The notes below the pieces were generated by a model. It saw only the letters and a list, made by a program, of their open reading frames with translations. It was not told where the DNA came from and ran no database searches. A DNA stretch of 64,000 bases from Candidatus Bathyarchaeia archaeon (GTDB taxonomy: Archaea; Thermoproteota; Bathyarchaeia; Bathyarchaeales; Bathycorpusculaceae), in the NCBI GenBank assembly GCA_038882655.1, contig JAVZNT010000001.1, positions 1-64,000 on the forward strand, in the 5' to 3' direction. Shown one piece after another: positions 1-10,304 of this stretch (position 1 is the first letter of the stretch; each line of letters starts with the position of its first letter). The translations under genes and the position numbers were made by a program.

Positions 1-708
1 CATCGCTTCCTTTCGTTGTAATCAGATACAGCAGATTATTTCCAATGCTCAGCGAATCAGCTATTGCCTTTTGCAAAAGTGCCGTGGCTACTCCTTTTCT
101 TCTATGTTCTGGGGCTGTTCCTACGGTGAAAATGCCTCCTACATTGTTGAATGACACGAGTCCGCAGACCCCTGCAGGCTTGCCTTGGAAACGTCCCAAA
201 TAAGCTTTAGTTCCCTTGTATTGAATCGCTTTTCCATACATATCTAGTAAAGCGTCACGCAAGACAACTGGAACTCCGAACGCCTTCATGTGAACATCTG
301 TCCAAACTCAAGCATACTCCCATCAACGACAACAACATTTACATCAGACCCAACTTCAAAACTCTTGCCCTCATCTCTGTAAACCATAGCAGTTTCCTCC
401 AATACAGGCTTAAACCCCGCTCGTTGAAGGTAATCTGTAAAGTTATGCGGGCGAGTCAATGGAGAAACCACAAAGCAGGGCTTAACCTCCATAGACTGGT
501 AATATCTAACAACATCTGCGATAAGCTTGTCTGCTTCGGACTCTGTAACGTTGACTCTAAAGGCATGATTGAAGTTTGCAGTAGGAATCCCTCTATGGGA
601 ACAGAGTGTTGCGTGACTAATGTCCTTCACATCGTTTACTAAACAATGAAGAGAATACAAATGCTCCTCTACTTGCCTACATATGTTTTCCATGTTTTCT
701 CCAGCCAT
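1..708 (-). pseudogene. GNAT acetyltransferase, frameshifted near 305-310, runs off the window start
   Basis: ORF 286..768 (likely start MAGENM at 708) stops early. The shifted frame continues WTDVHMKAFG...GGIFTVGTAPEHRRKGVATALLQKAI (GNAT acetyl-CoA motif A) to position 1. Could be a sequencing error. Confidence 0.7.
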
Positions 709-784
709 TGGCAGTTCTTTAGCGAGTGTGTAAATACTCTTATTTCGTTTCAGATATAGCTTTTTCACAAGATTGATGTAAAAG

Positions 785-897
785 TGCGGGGGGTGGGATT
801 TGAACCCACGAACCCCTATGGGACAGCCGTTCCGCGAAACTTTTGGAAATAGTTCCTCCTCAGGGCTGCGCCTTTGGCCAGGCTTGGCAACCCCCGC
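785..897 (-). tRNA. tRNA-Leu(GAG) with 28-nt intron (830-857) at position 37/38
   Basis: Acceptor GCGGGGG/CCCCCGC-A, D-arm GCCAAGCCTGGCCAAAGGC, anticodon stem CAGCC/GGCTG, CT-GAG-G, long variable arm, GTTCAAATC T-loop; intron forms a GGAACT/AGTTTC helix. Confidence 0.92.
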
Positions 898-991
898 TGC
901 GTCTCAGTTTATTTCTTAACTTTTAGGTGAAATTAAACCTTCCTTCTAGTGATTCTTATAATTGACTGTGAAAAAGATAGAGGTGAAAGTT

Positions 992-1504
992 TTAAACTAG
1001 TCTGAAATCCTCTTTTATTGTTGTTAGTACCACATGGGTGTTTGTTCTTTCCACATAGGGCATTGCTAACAAGCGTTTTGCAAATTTGCTTAGTTCCTCT
1101 CGGTTTTTGAATTTGGCGATTACTATGGCGTCTATTAGTCCAGTTACGTCGTAGACACAGCACACGTTTGGGAGCTTTGCGATTTCGCTTTCAACCTCTA
1201 ATAGTCTTCCTTTCGAAACTGTTATTTCGACCACAACGGTTAAAGCGTAGCCAAGTTTTTCGTGATCCACTAGGGCTGCATACCCCATTATTATGCCAGC
1301 CTCTTCCAGCTTCTTTACCCTTAATAGAGCTGTACTTGTGGATATGCCACACTGTTTAGCCAGTTGTCTTGAAGAAAGCCTTGCATCCAAAGTTAGAGCT
1401 TTTAAGATTTTCATGTCTACATCGTTTAATGCTTCCTCGTTTCTAGCACGTCTTTTCCCTGCCCTTTCTTTAGACTGTGACTTTCGAACATCCGTATCTT
1501 CCAT
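992..1504 (-). CDS. Lrp/AsnC family transcriptional regulator
   Basis: LNDVDMKIL...DARLSSRQLAK...RVKKLEEAGII HTH plus C-terminal RAM domain (YDVTGLIDAI); divergent from glnA. Confidence 0.93.
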   Translation of the reverse strand: MEDTDVRKSQSKERAGKRRARNEEALNDVDMKILKALTLDARLSSRQLAKQCGISTSTALLRVKKLEEAGIIMGYAALVDHEKLGYALTVVVEITVSKGRLLEVESEIAKLPNVCCVYDVTGLIDAIVIAKFKNREELSKFAKRLLAMPYVERTNTHVVLTTIKEDFRLV

Positions 1505-1645
1505 TACATATACGCTCCTTTATTTATGCTACATATGTACAACTTCTTCACTTTATATTTAACATTTGCCATCATCTTCTTTGAAAAGCCTTTTATATGT
1601 ATTGTCGAACTTTATTTTGCTGTAAAATTATCTAGAGGAAGCGTG

Positions 1646-3046
1646 ATGAGGAGTTCATTGCGGCGAATATTCCAGAATCAAAATGTTGAGTTGTGTTTCA
1701 AGCTTATGAAGAACGCTGACCATGTTCTGTTACATTTCACAGATTTGCTTGGCTTTTTTAAGGGCAGAACTATTCCCGTTGAAGAGGTGGAAAACGCCAT
1801 AGTTGAGGGCATTGGTTTTGATGGTTCCTCCTTGATTGGCGGAGTTGGCATAGAAGAAAGCGACATGCTTATGAAACCTGACATAACCACTTTCACGGTT
1901 TGCCCGTACTATTTTTACGACAAAAGCGTTGTAAGCTTCATTTGCAACTTATACACGCCGGAAGGCAAGTGCTTTGAAGGCGACCCAAGATACATCTGCC
2001 AAAGAACCTTTGGAAAATTAGAGGTCGAAGGATACGAGCCAACAGCAGCTGCGGAATTAGAATTTTACCTTGTGCAAAGAACCGCTGACGGTGGATTTCA
2101 ACCTGTTGAAAATCACCTCATAGATAAGCAACGCTATTTTGACATAGCCCCTGGGAGGGACGTCACTGAAGCCTTCCGAATGGAGTTAACCAACGCACTT
2201 TTCACCATGGGCATAGCTGTTGAAAGACAGCACCATGAAGTAGGCGCAGCCCAAAATGAAATTACCTTCAAGTACTCCGACCCTGTAACGACCGCAGATA
2301 ATATTATGCGCTATAAGTTTGCGGCTAAGGCTGTTGCTGATAGAAAATATGGTTGGATAGCCACCTTCATGCCCAAACCATGGTTTGGCAAGCCCGGAAA
2401 CGGCATGCACGTCCATCTAGGCCTCTTCGACTCGAAGACTAAAAGGAACATTTTCTATGATAAGAATGGTTATGCCCACCTATCCCAGAAGTGCCGCTAT
2501 TTCATAGGCGGAATCCTTGAGCACGCAAGGGCTTTATGCGCAGTTGCAGCGCCTACTGTCAACAGTTATAAGAGGCTTGTGCCCGGCTATGAGGCTCCAG
2601 TATACATCACTTGGAGTAGGAAAAACCGTTCAGCCTTGATCCGAGTACCAGAATACTTCCCAGGCAAGGAGAGTGAAGCCAGGATAGAATTCCGTTGTCC
2701 AGACCCACTTTGCAATCCCTATTTGGCTTATGCTGTGATTTTCGAGGCTGGTTTAGATGGCATTAAAAAGAAGATAGAGCCGGGCGACCCTGTTGACGTG
2801 AATGTCTACCATTTGAGTGAGGCAAAGCGGAGGGAACTTGGAATTAAGGTTCTGCCAGTCACACTTAAAGAAGCCTTGGAGGAGTTGAAGAGCGATGATG
2901 TTTGTATAAAAGCTTTGGGTAAAGAAAACTCTGAGAAATATTTGGAGCTTAAGATGCAAGAGTGGCGTGAATACGAGCCCCACATGCTTAAAGATAATAA
3001 GGACGCAGTTACGTTTTGGGAGTTGCAAAAGTACATCTACGCCTAA
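1646..3046 (+). CDS. glnA: Glutamine synthetase type I
   Basis: FDGSS, HHEVG, ATFMPKP..GNGMHVH, NRSALIRVP, RIEFRCPDP motifs. Start placed at ATG 1646 (ORF track gives 1526). Confidence 0.95.
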   Translation: MRSSLRRIFQNQNVELCFKLMKNADHVLLHFTDLLGFFKGRTIPVEEVENAIVEGIGFDGSSLIGGVGIEESDMLMKPDITTFTVCPYYFYDKSVVSFICNLYTPEGKCFEGDPRYICQRTFGKLEVEGYEPTAAAELEFYLVQRTADGGFQPVENHLIDKQRYFDIAPGRDVTEAFRMELTNALFTMGIAVERQHHEVGAAQNEITFKYSDPVTTADNIMRYKFAAKAVADRKYGWIATFMPKPWFGKPGNGMHVHLGLFDSKTKRNIFYDKNGYAHLSQKCRYFIGGILEHARALCAVAAPTVNSYKRLVPGYEAPVYITWSRKNRSALIRVPEYFPGKESEARIEFRCPDPLCNPYLAYAVIFEAGLDGIKKKIEPGDPVDVNVYHLSEAKRRELGIKVLPVTLKEALEELKSDDVCIKALGKENSEKYLELKMQEWREYEPHMLKDNKDAVTFWELQKYIYA

Positions 3047-3102
3047 CAAACTTTTAATAGTTATTTTCTTCCATGTTCAAAGCTATTTGAGCGTGTGTAT
3101 GC

Positions 3103-4647
3103 ATGAAATACGATACTATATTAGTATTGGATTTCGGCGGGCAGTATTGCCACCTCATCGGGAGACGTATCAGAGAGAATGGCGTATATTCAGAAATCGT
3201 TCTTCACGATATAAAAATTGAGGAAATAAGGCTTCTAGGCGAAAAGTTCAACGTTAAAGGGTTAATTCTGTCAGGCGGTCCTGCAAGTGTTTTTGATCCA
3301 AATGCACTAAAGCCCGACAAGCGCATTTTTGACTTAGGACTACCGATTCTAGGCTTGTGTTATGGGCATCAACTTATAGCCCATATTTTCGGCGGAAAAG
3401 TTGGACCAGCCAAGCGAAAAGAGTTCGGTTCAACCTATGCCACAATAAACAAGCCTGTTGGCGTTTTGAAGGGCCTAAACCGAAAAGAGCGGGTTTGGAT
3501 GAGCCACAGCGACACCGTTTTTGCGGTACCGCCGGAATTTGATGTTTTGGCCTACACACAAAATTGCCCGGTCGCCGCTTTCAAGCACAAAACTAAATCA
3601 ATTTACGGTTTACAGTGGCATCCAGAAGTGGTGCACACAGTAAATGGCGCCAAGATGCTGCGCAACTTTATCTTCGAAGTGTGTGGCTGCGCTGCCAACT
3701 GGAAAATGGGAAATGTTGTAGATCGAATGGTTAAAGAGGTTAAGAGAGAAGTTGGCAACGACAAAGCTATAATAGCCCTAAGTGGAGGCATAGACTCCAG
3801 CGTAGCCACGACCATAGCAGCCAAAGCGCTGGGCGAAAAACTAACAGCAGTTTTTGTTGACCACGGATTCATGAGAGAAAATGAGCCGGAATTTGTTAAA
3901 GGCACCTTCCAAAAACTAGAAATAAACCTAGTTATCGTAAATGCGCAAGAAAGATTTTTTGAAAGACTTAAAGACGTAACCGACCCAGAAATGAAGAGGA
4001 AGATTATAGGCGAAGAGTTCATCAAAGTTTTTGAAGAAGTTGCCGAGAAAGTCGGCGCAGAATACCTCATCCAAGGAACCATTTACCCAGACCGAATCGA
4101 ATCCGGCTTCAGAAGGTTCTCAGACAAAATCAAGACACATCATAACGTCGCCGGACTTCCAACAAAAATCAAGTTTAAGAAAATTGTCGAGCCTTTGAGG
4201 GACCTGTACAAGGACGAGGTTCGTAAAGTTGCCAAAATGATTGGATTACCAAAGGAAATAGTTTTTAGGCAGCCTTTCCCCGGTCCGGGATTGGCAGTGC
4301 GGGTTGTAGGCGAAGTAACCAGGGAAAAGGTTGAGATCGTTAGGAAGGCGGATAGGATTGTGAGGGAGGAGCTCGAGAAAAGCGGCTTAAAAGATCGGTT
4401 GTGGCAGTATTTTGCAGTTTTAACAAATACGAAAGCTACTGGTGTTAAGGGCGATGCCAGAGCATACGGTTATGTTGTAGCCATACGTGCTGTGGAAAGT
4501 CGCGAGGCTATGACAGCAAGTTTTGCAAGAATTCCATACAAGATCTTAGAGAAAATATCCACTAGGATAACCAGCGAAATACCAGAAGTTGTCAGAGTAG
4601 TTTATGACATTACCCATAAGCCGCCAGCAACCATAGAATGGGAATAG
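3103..4647 (+). CDS. guaA: GMP synthase (fused glutamine amidotransferase + synthetase)
   Basis: LDFGGQY, GLCYGHQ, QWHPEV, ALSGGIDS, IKTHHNV, PFPGPGLAVR, KPPATIEWE. Confidence 0.97.
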   Translation: MKYDTILVLDFGGQYCHLIGRRIRENGVYSEIVLHDIKIEEIRLLGEKFNVKGLILSGGPASVFDPNALKPDKRIFDLGLPILGLCYGHQLIAHIFGGKVGPAKRKEFGSTYATINKPVGVLKGLNRKERVWMSHSDTVFAVPPEFDVLAYTQNCPVAAFKHKTKSIYGLQWHPEVVHTVNGAKMLRNFIFEVCGCAANWKMGNVVDRMVKEVKREVGNDKAIIALSGGIDSSVATTIAAKALGEKLTAVFVDHGFMRENEPEFVKGTFQKLEINLVIVNAQERFFERLKDVTDPEMKRKIIGEEFIKVFEEVAEKVGAEYLIQGTIYPDRIESGFRRFSDKIKTHHNVAGLPTKIKFKKIVEPLRDLYKDEVRKVAKMIGLPKEIVFRQPFPGPGLAVRVVGEVTREKVEIVRKADRIVREELEKSGLKDRLWQYFAVLTNTKATGVKGDARAYGYVVAIRAVESREAMTASFARIPYKILEKISTRITSEIPEVVRVVYDITHKPPATIEWE

Positions 4648-4652
4648 CGTTT

Positions 4653-5411
4653 TTAAGCTATCGGCTTAGCCATCAAATCCTCAACTTTAGCCTTCTTCAA
4701 CAAATTGACGTGTTTGGCAAGCTCATTAACCACAACTTCGAAAACCCGCTTACCCTTATCTGTAGAGGCTGTTGTTGATTTCCCAAAAACTCCAGAACGT
4801 GTGCGGTCCACCGTGTCTAAGGGAAGAGTTATGCCTTCAATCTCTGCAACGTGCCTACGTACTTCCTCGTCTACAGCCCGATCCATGCTCACAAGATGTG
4901 GGTGTAAAGCCAAATTCACAGAAGTCTCTTCAGCGCCCGCATGTCCTCTCTCTTCTGGCTTGAATATGTCTGGCAGAAGTTTTCCAGCGGCAGGCCACCA
5001 TTGAAAAACTGAGACGAAAATTCCTTTTTCCCGAAGCTCTCTAGCCAGCTCAGTGAGGGCGTTTAAGTTTCCGCCATGCCCATTAACAATGACAATTTTC
5101 TTTATGCCGTAATAGTTTAGTGATAGGCAAACCTCCTTCACGTAAGCTTTTAGGGTTTTAGGCGAAACATAAATTGTGCCCCAAAACTGCCTATGGTGGT
5201 GGCTAACGCCAAAAGGAATAACTTGCAAACAAAGAACCTTTGTACGTCTGGCAGCTTCTTCTGCAATCGCCTTAGCTATAAAATGGTCTGTTCCGAGAGG
5301 ATTTTGTGGACCATGCTGTTCATTTGAGCCTACTGGAACGAGGGCTATATCATTTCTGTTAAAATATTCCTTTGCTTCCATCCAGCTCATTTCATGAAGT
5401 AAGACTTTCAT
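4653..5411 (-). CDS. Creatininase/ArfB-family amidohydrolase
   Basis: PVGSNEQHGPQNPLGTD, VNGHGGN, GHAGAEETS motifs. Confidence 0.9.
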   Translation of the reverse strand: MKVLLHEMSWMEAKEYFNRNDIALVPVGSNEQHGPQNPLGTDHFIAKAIAEEAARRTKVLCLQVIPFGVSHHHRQFWGTIYVSPKTLKAYVKEVCLSLNYYGIKKIVIVNGHGGNLNALTELARELREKGIFVSVFQWWPAAGKLLPDIFKPEERGHAGAEETSVNLALHPHLVSMDRAVDEEVRRHVAEIEGITLPLDTVDRTRSGVFGKSTTASTDKGKRVFEVVVNELAKHVNLLKKAKVEDLMAKPIA

Positions 5412-5490
5412 GAATCCCCCTCCATTTCACGAAACTGTTTTATTCGAAGGAATTTGAATATAAGCTTACGTACAAAACGGTGAAAATTCA

Positions 5491-6576
5491 TTGAAGGCGT
5501 TGATTCTGGCGGGAGGATTTGCAACTAGGCTTAGACCCTTGAGCTGCACAAGACCAAAAATTCTATTTCCAGTGCTCAACAAGCCACTTTTAGAATGGAC
5601 CCTTGAAAGCCTCTCAAAAAGCGGAATAAAAGAAGCGATATTGGCAGTTAATCATCAGACAGCTTTCCACATAAAGAATTCCAGATTTTCCAAGGGTAAA
5701 GTGAAAATCACCTACTCATACGACCCTCCAAAAAAGCCCCTTGGAACTGGCGGCGCAATAAAGCATGCTGAAGAGTTTATAAGAGATGATAATTTTCTGG
5801 TTGTGAATGGTGACATCTTCACCAGCATAAATTACGCCGAGGTAGTTAGGAAACATGAAGAAAGTGGAGCTGCTGCAACAATAGCCTTGTGTACTGTTAA
5901 AGATCCAAGCCGATACGGAGTTGCAGAACTCGATGATAACGGCAGAATAAAAAATTTCATTGAGAAACCTCCACCAGGATCATCTTCATCAAACCTTATA
6001 AACGCTGGAATATATGTTCTCAGCCATGAAATTTTCAAATATGTTCAGACTGGGAGAAAGGTTTCTCTTGAACGTGAAGTATTTCCAAGGCTTGTGGAGG
6101 AAGGCAAGCTTTTTGGCTACGTGTTTGCTGGCTTGTGGACTGATATTGGTAAGGCTGAAGACTACTTGGAGATAAACAAAACTCTATTGGATGGCCTTCG
6201 CGGAAAACTAAAAAGTGTGATGAAAGGACATTGGCGGATAAATGAGCCTGTATTCTGTGATGAAAGCGCCACGATTGAAGAGAACTCAATCATCGGACCT
6301 TACGCGGTTCTTGGGAAAAACGTCAATGTGAGAAGAAATGTTCATATAAAGAACTCCATCATCTTCCCAGGCGTCTTCGTTTCAGATAATTCTTTAATAA
6401 ATGGAGCGATAATTGGTGAAAATGTTGTTGTCGGTAAAGGAGTTAAAATTAGCGGGAACTGCGTTATAGGCGACTGCGCAATTATAGGAGATAATGTCTC
6501 GTTGACAGAGGGGGTTTCAATTTGCCCAGCAAAAGAAGTTTTCCAGGACGTTTCAGAGCCGAAGTGCATTGTTTAA
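5491..6576 (+). CDS. NDP-sugar synthase (sugar-1-phosphate nucleotidyltransferase with left-handed beta-helix)
   Basis: LAGGFATRLRPL..PK, PLGTGGA, NGD, EKP motifs; C-terminal hexapeptide repeats. Confidence 0.92.
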   Translation: MKALILAGGFATRLRPLSCTRPKILFPVLNKPLLEWTLESLSKSGIKEAILAVNHQTAFHIKNSRFSKGKVKITYSYDPPKKPLGTGGAIKHAEEFIRDDNFLVVNGDIFTSINYAEVVRKHEESGAAATIALCTVKDPSRYGVAELDDNGRIKNFIEKPPPGSSSSNLINAGIYVLSHEIFKYVQTGRKVSLEREVFPRLVEEGKLFGYVFAGLWTDIGKAEDYLEINKTLLDGLRGKLKSVMKGHWRINEPVFCDESATIEENSIIGPYAVLGKNVNVRRNVHIKNSIIFPGVFVSDNSLINGAIIGENVVVGKGVKISGNCVIGDCAIIGDNVSLTEGVSICPAKEVFQDVSEPKCIV

Positions 6577-6588
6577 TGAGGTGAGCGT

Positions 6589-7965
6589 ATGTTAAGCCAG
6601 AGGAGATTATTTGGAACCAATGGAATTCGCGGACTAGTCAACAAGGAGTTAACTCCAGAGCTTGCAATTACAATTGGAAGTGCAATAGGCACATACTTTC
6701 ATCATGGCGATTTGCTTGTTGGACATGACGCCAGAACAAGCAGCCCCATGCTCGCAAAAGCCATAATAGCGGGTTTAAATGCCGCTGGTTGCAATGTGCT
6801 GTTTGCCGGAATGGCGCCCACACCAACATTACAGTATGCTGTAAAAAATCACAGACTTGACGGCGGAATAATCATAACTGCTTCTCACAATCCACCGGAA
6901 TATAACGGGATAAAAGTTGTATGGAATGATGGAATAGAAATTGCTCGGGAACAGGAAATAGAAATTGAAGAAATATTCTTCAACGACAAGATTCGCTTTT
7001 CGAATTGGGACGAAATAGGAGACGTGCAAACCCTCACTGGAATTATTGAAAAATATGTGGAAGCCATAAAAAGGCATGTAAACACAGCTAAAATAGCAAG
7101 CAAGCACTACCATGTTGTAGTTGACGCTGCAAACAGCGTTGCTGCGCTTGCAGTTCCAAAACTTCTCAGAGAACTCGGCTGCCGCGTCACGACTATAAAC
7201 GCAAACATTGATGGAGCATTTCCGGCTAGACCACCTGAACCGCGACCAGAAAACCTTGGGGATTTAGCCTCAACCGTTAAGGCTGTGGGTGCAGACTTGG
7301 GGGTTGCCTTTGACGGGGATGCTGATCGCTCAATATTCGTTGACGAAAAGGGAGAAATCCACTGGGGCGACAAAACCTTCGCCCTTGTTGAAAAATACTT
7401 TCTAATGCGGAATCCACGTGAAAAAATTGTTTCACCCATAAGCTCATCAACCCTGATAAAGGATATCGTAGACGCTTATGGCGGAGAAATAGTTTGGACA
7501 AAAGTTGGAAGCGTCATAGTCTCCCATACAATGAAGAGGTTAAACGCAAAGCTAGGCGGGGAGGAAAACGGCGGAATTTTCTACGGACCACATCAACCAG
7601 TCCGGGATGGCGCAATGGCCACAGCCTTAATTTTGGGTATAATGGCTGAAACTGGCGAGAAACTTTCAAGCCTTCTCGCCGAGCTGCCTAAATATTTTAT
7701 TGAGAAGGGTAAGGTTGAATGCTCCGAGCAGCTAAAAGGAAAGGTTCTAGAAAAACTCATCGAACAGACAAAAGGGTTAAACATAAACACCATTGACGGA
7801 GTCAAGATTTGGTTTGAGAATAAAAGCTCCATCCTCGTTAGACCAAGCGGAACAGAACCATTATACAGACTTTATGCGGAAGCGAAAACAAGGAAGAAAG
7901 CCCTAAAGCTTATCCAAGATTTTAGTTTAAAACTTAAAAGGATAATCGACAGCTTAAAAGTCTAA
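6589..7965 (+). CDS. Phosphohexomutase (phosphoglucosamine mutase / PMM-PGM)
   Basis: FGTNGIRG, TASHNP, FDGDADR, GEENGG, RPSGTEP. Confidence 0.93.
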   Translation: MLSQRRLFGTNGIRGLVNKELTPELAITIGSAIGTYFHHGDLLVGHDARTSSPMLAKAIIAGLNAAGCNVLFAGMAPTPTLQYAVKNHRLDGGIIITASHNPPEYNGIKVVWNDGIEIAREQEIEIEEIFFNDKIRFSNWDEIGDVQTLTGIIEKYVEAIKRHVNTAKIASKHYHVVVDAANSVAALAVPKLLRELGCRVTTINANIDGAFPARPPEPRPENLGDLASTVKAVGADLGVAFDGDADRSIFVDEKGEIHWGDKTFALVEKYFLMRNPREKIVSPISSSTLIKDIVDAYGGEIVWTKVGSVIVSHTMKRLNAKLGGEENGGIFYGPHQPVRDGAMATALILGIMAETGEKLSSLLAELPKYFIEKGKVECSEQLKGKVLEKLIEQTKGLNINTIDGVKIWFENKSSILVRPSGTEPLYRLYAEAKTRKKALKLIQDFSLKLKRIIDSLKV

Positions 7966-8001
7966 ACCGTATAAGTATTTCTGCAACTCGGAGAAAACCA
8001 A

Positions 8002-9357
8002 ATGTTATCGACAAAACCCGCAGAAACTAAAACCTTGGAACACCATGATGAATGGGAAGTTAGCATAGTAGGTTGTGGGCGTTTAGGGCTTCTTCATGCT
8101 TGTCTTTTTGCAGAGGCCGGCTTTAGGGTTATATGCGTGGACAACGACCAAGCCACTGTAGAGCGTATACTAAAAGGCAAGGTTTCATTTCTAAAGTATG
8201 AAGTGGAACCAGTTCTTCAGAAAAGTTTGGCAAGTGGAAGGTTAAGAGCTACTAATGATTTGAAAGCCGCAGTAGCCCAAAGCAACGTCATAATAGTTAC
8301 GGCTCCCGTTATTGTGAATGATAAAGGTAAGGTGGAATACTCCCCTTTAGAAAAAGTTTTAAAATCGATAGGCCCATGTCTTCGCAGAGAAGCATTAATT
8401 ATTATCACTAGCGTTGTTGGGATAGGCGTAATAGAGGGACTTTTCAAAGAGATTCTTGAAAACTCCTCAGGATTTAAGGCTGGTTCGGATTTTTACTTAG
8501 CCTATAGTCCAATCCTATTTCCAGAAAGACAGACGCTAAAGGAGTTATCAAATTGTAGGCGGATTGTTGCTGCACCAGATAGGGATAGTTTAGAGATGGC
8601 GTTACACGTTATAAAGGCAATAACAAACGCAGATGTTATTCAAACTCAAGACGTTAAGATGGCTGAAGCTGCCACGCTCTTTGAAGCCGCTTTCCAAAAT
8701 GTTAGTTCCGCATTGGGTAACGAGTTTGCCTTTTTCTGCGAGAAACTTGGCATAGATTACTTAGCAACTCGCAACTTTTTAGGCTTTAATGCTGATGTGC
8801 ATGTACAATCACCATTAACAAATGAGGCACTTAAGATACTGCTGGAAGAAGCTGAAAACCTTAACGTAAAACTCCGAATTTCAGAAACAGCCAGTGGATT
8901 AGATGAAGAAATTCTAAGGCATAAAGTTGAGCTAATTCGAGATGCGCTCAAAAACTGCGGGAAACCATTACGAAGAGCAAAAATCGCGGTGCTCGGGCTT
9001 TCCCAAACACCCAATATAGCAGACATACCAAAGGATTCTGCAAAGAAAATTGTTAACATGCTTGAGAATAAAGGGGCAAAATTAACACTTTACGACCCTT
9101 ATATGTCAGGGAAAACCTTAACAGACCTGGAGCATGCACAACTTAAAAAGAGCTTAATGGAAGCTGTGGAAGGCGCAGACTGTATAGTGATACTTGCGGC
9201 ACACGAGCAGTTCAAACGGCTAAATTTAAGGAAGCTTAAGCTTTTGGCGAAAATGCCAGCGGCAATTGCGGACCTGGAGGGTATTTTAGACCCGACGAAA
9301 GTTGAGGCTGAAGGTTTTATATACCGTGGTTTTGGAAGGGGGACTTGGAAGAAATGA
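8002..9357 (+). CDS. UDP-glucose/GDP-mannose dehydrogenase family homolog, catalytic residues apparently degenerate
   Basis: Rossmann GCGRLG, three-domain layout, C-terminal KIAVLGL..YDP...YRGFG; no GGxC motif. Confidence 0.8.
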   Translation: MLSTKPAETKTLEHHDEWEVSIVGCGRLGLLHACLFAEAGFRVICVDNDQATVERILKGKVSFLKYEVEPVLQKSLASGRLRATNDLKAAVAQSNVIIVTAPVIVNDKGKVEYSPLEKVLKSIGPCLRREALIIITSVVGIGVIEGLFKEILENSSGFKAGSDFYLAYSPILFPERQTLKELSNCRRIVAAPDRDSLEMALHVIKAITNADVIQTQDVKMAEAATLFEAAFQNVSSALGNEFAFFCEKLGIDYLATRNFLGFNADVHVQSPLTNEALKILLEEAENLNVKLRISETASGLDEEILRHKVELIRDALKNCGKPLRRAKIAVLGLSQTPNIADIPKDSAKKIVNMLENKGAKLTLYDPYMSGKTLTDLEHAQLKKSLMEAVEGADCIVILAAHEQFKRLNLRKLKLLAKMPAAIADLEGILDPTKVEAEGFIYRGFGRGTWKK

Positions 9358-10304
9358 AAAAACTCGGAGTCGCCGTCATCGGAACCGGGTTCTGGGGTAG
9401 AAACCACGCGAGAGTTTTCACCGAACTGGACGAAACAGAGCTTTTGGCCGTTTGTGATATTGATGCTGAAAGAGCAAAGGGCGTCGCTAAACAATTTGGC
9501 GTTAAAGCTTACTCTAATGCAGCAAAAATGCTGAAAAGAAAAGATGTAGACGCTGTCAGCGTCTGCACGTGGTCGACAAGCCTTGCAAAAGAGGCATTAA
9601 AGGCATTAAAGGCTGGAAAGCATGTTTTGGTTGAGAAGCCTATGGCTGCCAGCTCGAAACAGGCGGAAACTTTGCTGAAAACAGCGGAAAAGGAAGGATT
9701 ACACCTTTCTGTCGGTTTTTTGATGCGTTTTATTCCCGGGCTTCAATACATCAGAAAAACTATTGAAAGCCAAGATATGGGTGAGCTTGTTTGCGCCACA
9801 GCTAAAAGGGTTTCAGAATGGCCTGAAAGAATAGGAGATGTTGGAGTAGTGAAAGACTTGGCAATTCATGACATAGACGTGATGCGCTGCCTGTTTAACG
9901 ACGACCCAATGGCGGTTTATGCAAAAACTGGGAATATGAAACATAGGAAGTTTGAGGATTACGCCCATATAATGCTAACTTTCGAGCATGGAAAAAACGC
10001 TTTTATCGAGGCAAATTGGCTAACCCCTTACAAGACAAGAGTGCTGGTGGTGACTGGAAGCAGAGCCATAGCAAAACTTGACTACATCACACAAGAGTTA
10101 ACAATAGAGACGGCGGAAAAAACCGTTCAGCCAAGAATTCCATGGCAAGAGCCTCTAAAGCTTGAGCTTCAGCACTTTGCAAGATGCGTTTTTGGGAAGG
10201 AAAAACCTTTAATAACTGGCTGGGATGGTTTAAGGGCTTTAAAAATTGCTGAAGCTGCGCTCAAATCATCTAAAACTGGCAGACTTGTTAAACTTAAGAA
10301 ATAG
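9354..10304 (+). CDS. Gfo/Idh/MocA oxidoreductase (probable nucleotide-sugar 3-dehydrogenase)
   Basis: GTGFWG, HVLVEKP, GVVKDLAIHDID; overlaps upstream stop (ATGA). Confidence 0.9.
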   Translation: MKKLGVAVIGTGFWGRNHARVFTELDETELLAVCDIDAERAKGVAKQFGVKAYSNAAKMLKRKDVDAVSVCTWSTSLAKEALKALKAGKHVLVEKPMAASSKQAETLLKTAEKEGLHLSVGFLMRFIPGLQYIRKTIESQDMGELVCATAKRVSEWPERIGDVGVVKDLAIHDIDVMRCLFNDDPMAVYAKTGNMKHRKFEDYAHIMLTFEHGKNAFIEANWLTPYKTRVLVVTGSRAIAKLDYITQELTIETAEKTVQPRIPWQEPLKLELQHFARCVFGKEKPLITGWDGLRALKIAEAALKSSKTGRLVKLKK

